Of a DNA stretch of 64,000 nt, positions 60,200 to 64,000 are shown in pieces; positions within the stretch are counted from its first letter, which is position 1; every line of letters begins with the position of its first letter. The position numbers and the translations under genes are program-made. The stretch spans positions 3,596,001-3,660,000 of the forward strand of contig NC_086108.1 of assembly GCF_963921235.1 (NCBI RefSeq), given 5' to 3'. A model generated the notes under the pieces. The model was not told where the DNA came from and searched no databases. It worked only from the letters and a program-made list of their open reading frames with translations. The DNA comes from Mobula hypostoma. Taxonomy: Eukaryota.

Positions 60200-62285
60200 C
60201 AACTCATTGAAAGTGGCATCACAGGTAGACAGGGTCATAAAGAGAGCTTTTGGCATATTGGCTTTCATAAATCAAAGTACTGAGTACAGGAGATGGGACG
60301 TTATGTTGGAGTTGTATAAGGGGTCAGTACTGGGACCGCTGCTTTTCACATTGTTTGTCAATGATTTGGATAATGGAATTGATGGCTTTGTGGCAAAGTT
60401 TGCGGATGATACAAAGATAGGTGAAGATGTAGGTAGTGCCGAGGAAGCAATGCGATTGGAGCAGGATTTAGACAAATAGGAAGAATAGGCAAAAAAGTGG
60501 CAGATGGAATACAGTGTTGGGAAATGTATGATAATGCACTTTAGAAGTCAAACTTGACTTTGAGAAAAGGTGGGGCTCTTTTGCCCATTATTATCATTTG
60601 ACTTGAGTTAATACAGATGGTCTTTTTCTGATGCTTGGTTATATGAATTTGGTTGGCGGTTTGATATGGAAGCTTGTATGGCGCATAGCTCTGGGTTTGT
60701 GCTCCAAATGGGGTTTTCCCCCTTTTTTTTAGTTATTAGGGGTTTTCTCTGTTTTAGTTAGTAGGGGTTCTTTTTTTTTTCTTTCTTTCCTTTTTTCCAT
60801 TTAAAAAAAAGCTTTAATACTTTGTTTTTTGATTATTATTGATATACTGTTCAGCCCGGTTGATAGTTTAACTTTTACTCTACATATGGCTATGTCATCT
60901 TGATTATTTTGATGTATTTTTCTCTGTTGTTGATTTTCAACAATAATTAATAAAAAGATTTAAAAAGATAATGCACTTTGGTAAAAGGAACAATAATGAG
61001 GACTGTTATCTAAATGGAGAGAAGGTTCAAAAATCAGAGATGCTGAGGGATTTGAGAGTTCTCATGCAAGACTCCCAGAAGGTTGAATTACAGGTTGAAT
61101 CTGTGGTAAAGAAGGCAAATGCAATGTTGACATTTATAAGACACTAGTCAGGCCACACTTGAAGTATTATCAACAGTTTTGGGCCCCATATCTCAGAAAG
61201 GATGTGTTGCCATTGGAGAGAGTCCAGAGGAGGCTCACGAGGATGATTCTGGGATTGAAAGGGTTAACATATGAGGAGCATTTGACAACTTTGGGCCTGT
61301 ACTCACTGAAATTTAGAAGAATGCATGGGGATCTCATTGAAACCTATCAAATGTTGAAAGGACTAGATATGGTGGACATGGAGAGGAGGTTTCCTATGGT
61401 GGGGATATCCAGAACTACAAATGTAGAAGGCACAGCCTCAAAATTGAGGAGCAACCCTTTAGAACAGAGGTAAGGAGGAATTTTTTTAACGAGAGGGTAG
61501 TAAATCTGTGGAATGCTCTGCCACAAACTGCAGTGGAGGCCAAGTCCGTGGGTATATTTAAGGTGGAAGTTGATAGTTTCCTGATCGGTCAGGGCATCAA
61601 AGCATATGGCAAGAAGGCAGGTGTATGGGGTTGCGTGGGATCCAGGATCAGCCTTGATGGAATGGTGGAGCAGACTCAGTGGACTAATTCTGTTCTTTTG
61701 TCTTACGGTCTTATGGTCTAAGGCATTGGTGAGGTCTTATTTGGAGTATTGTGTGCAGTTTTGGTCACCTACCTGTTGGAAAGACGTAAAAAAGTTGAAA
61801 GAATAGAGAGGAAGTTAACAAGGATGTTGCCTGGTCTGGAGGACCTGAGCTATAAGGAAAGATTGAATAGGATAGGACTTTATTCCTTGGAATACAGAAG
61901 ACTGAGGGGAGATTTGATAGAGGTAAACAAAATTATGTGGGGTTTAGAGAGGGTAAATGCAAGCAGGCTTTTTCCACTGAGGTCGGACGAGATTACAACC
62001 AGAGGTCATGGGTTAAGGGTGAAAGGTGAAAAATTTTTAGGGAACATGAGGGGAAGCTTCTTCCCTCAGAAGGTCATGAGAGTGTGGAACAAGCTGCCAG
62101 CTGAAGTGGCGGATGTGAGCTCGAGTGCAATGCTTAGGAGAAGTTTGGACGGGTATATGGATGGTAGGGGTATGGACCCGGTGCAGGTCGACAGAAGTAG
62201 GCAGTTTAAATTGCTCAGCATGGAGTAAATGAGCCAGAGGGCCAGTTCCTGTGATGTACTTTTCTCTGACTCTGTGATTCTTGAT
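60200..62285 (+). mobile_element. Cluster of CR1 3' fragments from several subfamilies
   Basis: GSVLGPLLF...KFADD, QFWAPYLRKD, RRLRGDLIEV. Confidence 0.85.
60543..60966 (+). mobile_element. T-rich polyadenylated insert (L1/Tx1-like 3' UTR) with a 13-bp TSD
   Basis: gataatgcacttt at 60530-60542 and 60967-60979. The insert ends aataaaaagatttaaaaa. Confidence 0.7.
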
Positions 62286-62299
62286 GGATACGGCATGTT

Positions 62300-63960
62300 T
62301 GTAACATCATTATGGAATCCTGGTTAACCCCTTCCATACTGGACACAGCGATTCAGATTGATGGGTTCACTGTACACCGTCAGGATAGGACTGTTGAGTC
62401 CCTAAAAGCAGAGGTGGAGGTGTCTGCCTCGAGATCAACTCCTCTTGGTGCACAAATATATCAGTGTTATCCCGATTCTGCTCGGCAGAGCTGGAATATC
62501 TTGCAATTAAGTGCCGTCCATTTTACCTGCCGCGGGAGATTTCAGCGATCAGTTTGGTAGCGGTGTACATTCTACCTCAGACCAATGACAAACAGGCTTT
62601 AGATGATCTAAGTAATTGGGATCAACATGCATGAAACAGCACACACTAACACCTTCACCAGCATTTTGGGAGATTTTAACCAGGTCAGTCTGAAAAAAAT
62701 CACTAAGCAATTGTCATCAACAGGTCACTTGCAATACCGGAGGAAACAACACACTGGACCATTGTTACACGACCATCAAGAGTGCCTACTGTACTATTCC
62801 ATGCCCTCACTTCGGGAAGTCTGATCACCTGGCTGTACTTATACTCCCTGAGTATAGGCAGAGACTGAAGACTGCAGCACCAGTAGTGAGGACAAAGAAG
62901 ATATGGACAAGGGAAGCACAGGAGCCTACAGGCTTTGAATCAGTGGAATGGACTGTATTCAGGGATTCATCTTCGAACCTGGTTGAGTATGCTGTTGTTA
63001 CCGACTTCATTAAAACCTGTGTGGATGAGTGTGTGCCTACAAAGGCTTACTGTACATTCCCAAACCAAAAGCCGTGGATGAACCAGGAGGTACGTCATCT
63101 GCTGAAGGCCAGATCTGTGGCATTCAAGTCTGGCGACCCAGGCCTGTACCAGAAAACCAGGTATGATTTGCGGAGGGCTATTTCAAGTATGAAGAGACAA
63201 TTTCAAACGAGGTTGGAGGCAACGTCAGATGTACCACAACTCTGGCGGGATTTGCAAGACAAAGTGACACCCAATAGCATGAATGGCAGCGATGTTTCAC
63301 TACCAGATGAACTCGACACCTTCTATGCCCACTTTGAAAGGGAGAATATAACTACAGCCTCTGTACCTCCCTCTGCAATTTGATCCTCGACTTTCTAATC
63401 AGAAGACCACAATCTGTGTGGATTGGTGATAACACCTCCACCTCGCTGACGATCAACACTGGCACACCTCAGGGGTGTGTGCTTAGCCCACTGCTCTACT
63501 CTCTATATACATGACTGTGTGGCTAGGTATAGTTCAGATACCATCTATAAATTTGCTGACGATACAACCATTGTTGGTAGAATCTCAGGTGGTGACGGGA
63601 GGGCGTACAGGAGTGAGATATGCCAACTAGTGGAATGGTGCTGTAGCAACAACCTGGCACTCAACGTCAGTAAGACGAAAGAGCTGATTGTGGACTTCAG
63701 GAAGCGTAAGATGAAGGAACACATACCAATCCTCATAGAGGGATCAGAAGTGGAGAGACTGAGCAGATTCAAGTTCCTGGCTGTCAAGATCTCTGAGGAT
63801 CTAACCAGGTCCCAACACATTGATATAATTATACAGAAGGCAAGCCAGTGGCTATATTTCATTAGGAGTTGAAAAGAATTGATTTGATTGATTTGTCAGT
63901 TGAAACAGTCAAAAACTTCTATAGATGCACCATGGAGAGCATTCTGACAGGCTGCATCAG
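62300..63960 (+). mobile_element. Degenerate Rex1/L2-like LINE (APE + RT, internal deletion)
   Basis: [40 protein letters not shown]. Confidence 0.88.
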
Positions 63961-64000
63961 TGGGGGGGGGGTGGGGGGTGGGGGTTGGGATGGGGACTAC

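Overview
Repeat-saturated vertebrate DNA, most likely from a cartilaginous fish such as a ray (inferred from the mix of CR1, Rex1/Babar-like, RTE, Penelope and V-SINE-like repeats). I find no convincing host protein-coding exon, so this is probably a large intron or intergenic region. Almost every ORF in the track is a transposon fragment or a microsatellite artefact. The centrepiece is an apparently intact full-length CR1 LINE (~52200-56556) with ORF1 (Zn-finger-like, coiled coil, SGNH esterase) and ORF2 (APE endonuclease plus reverse transcriptase). ORF2 has no AUG before its endonuclease domain. It overlaps ORF1 by only ~16 nt, in the -1 frame, and that overlap holds an in-phase slippery heptamer U_UUA_AAC just before the ORF1 stop. 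The same motif occurs in two older CR1 copies in the window, which suggests programmed -1 ribosomal frameshifting. Other content: Penelope-like elements with minimal hammerhead ribozymes and fold-back (palindromic) insertions; a homogeneous ~12-copy 95-bp tandem array made from a LINE 3' end, with an inverted sister copy; four copies of a ~0.6-0.7 kb non-coding retroposon; nested hAT and Tc1 elements; a Hero/NeSL-type restriction-like endonuclease fragment; very long CT and CA tracts; diverged ~100-bp direct duplications bracketing insertion clusters; and a few unique AT-rich islands that could be enhancers. Family names come from motif recognition only, and boundaries of degenerate elements are approximate.
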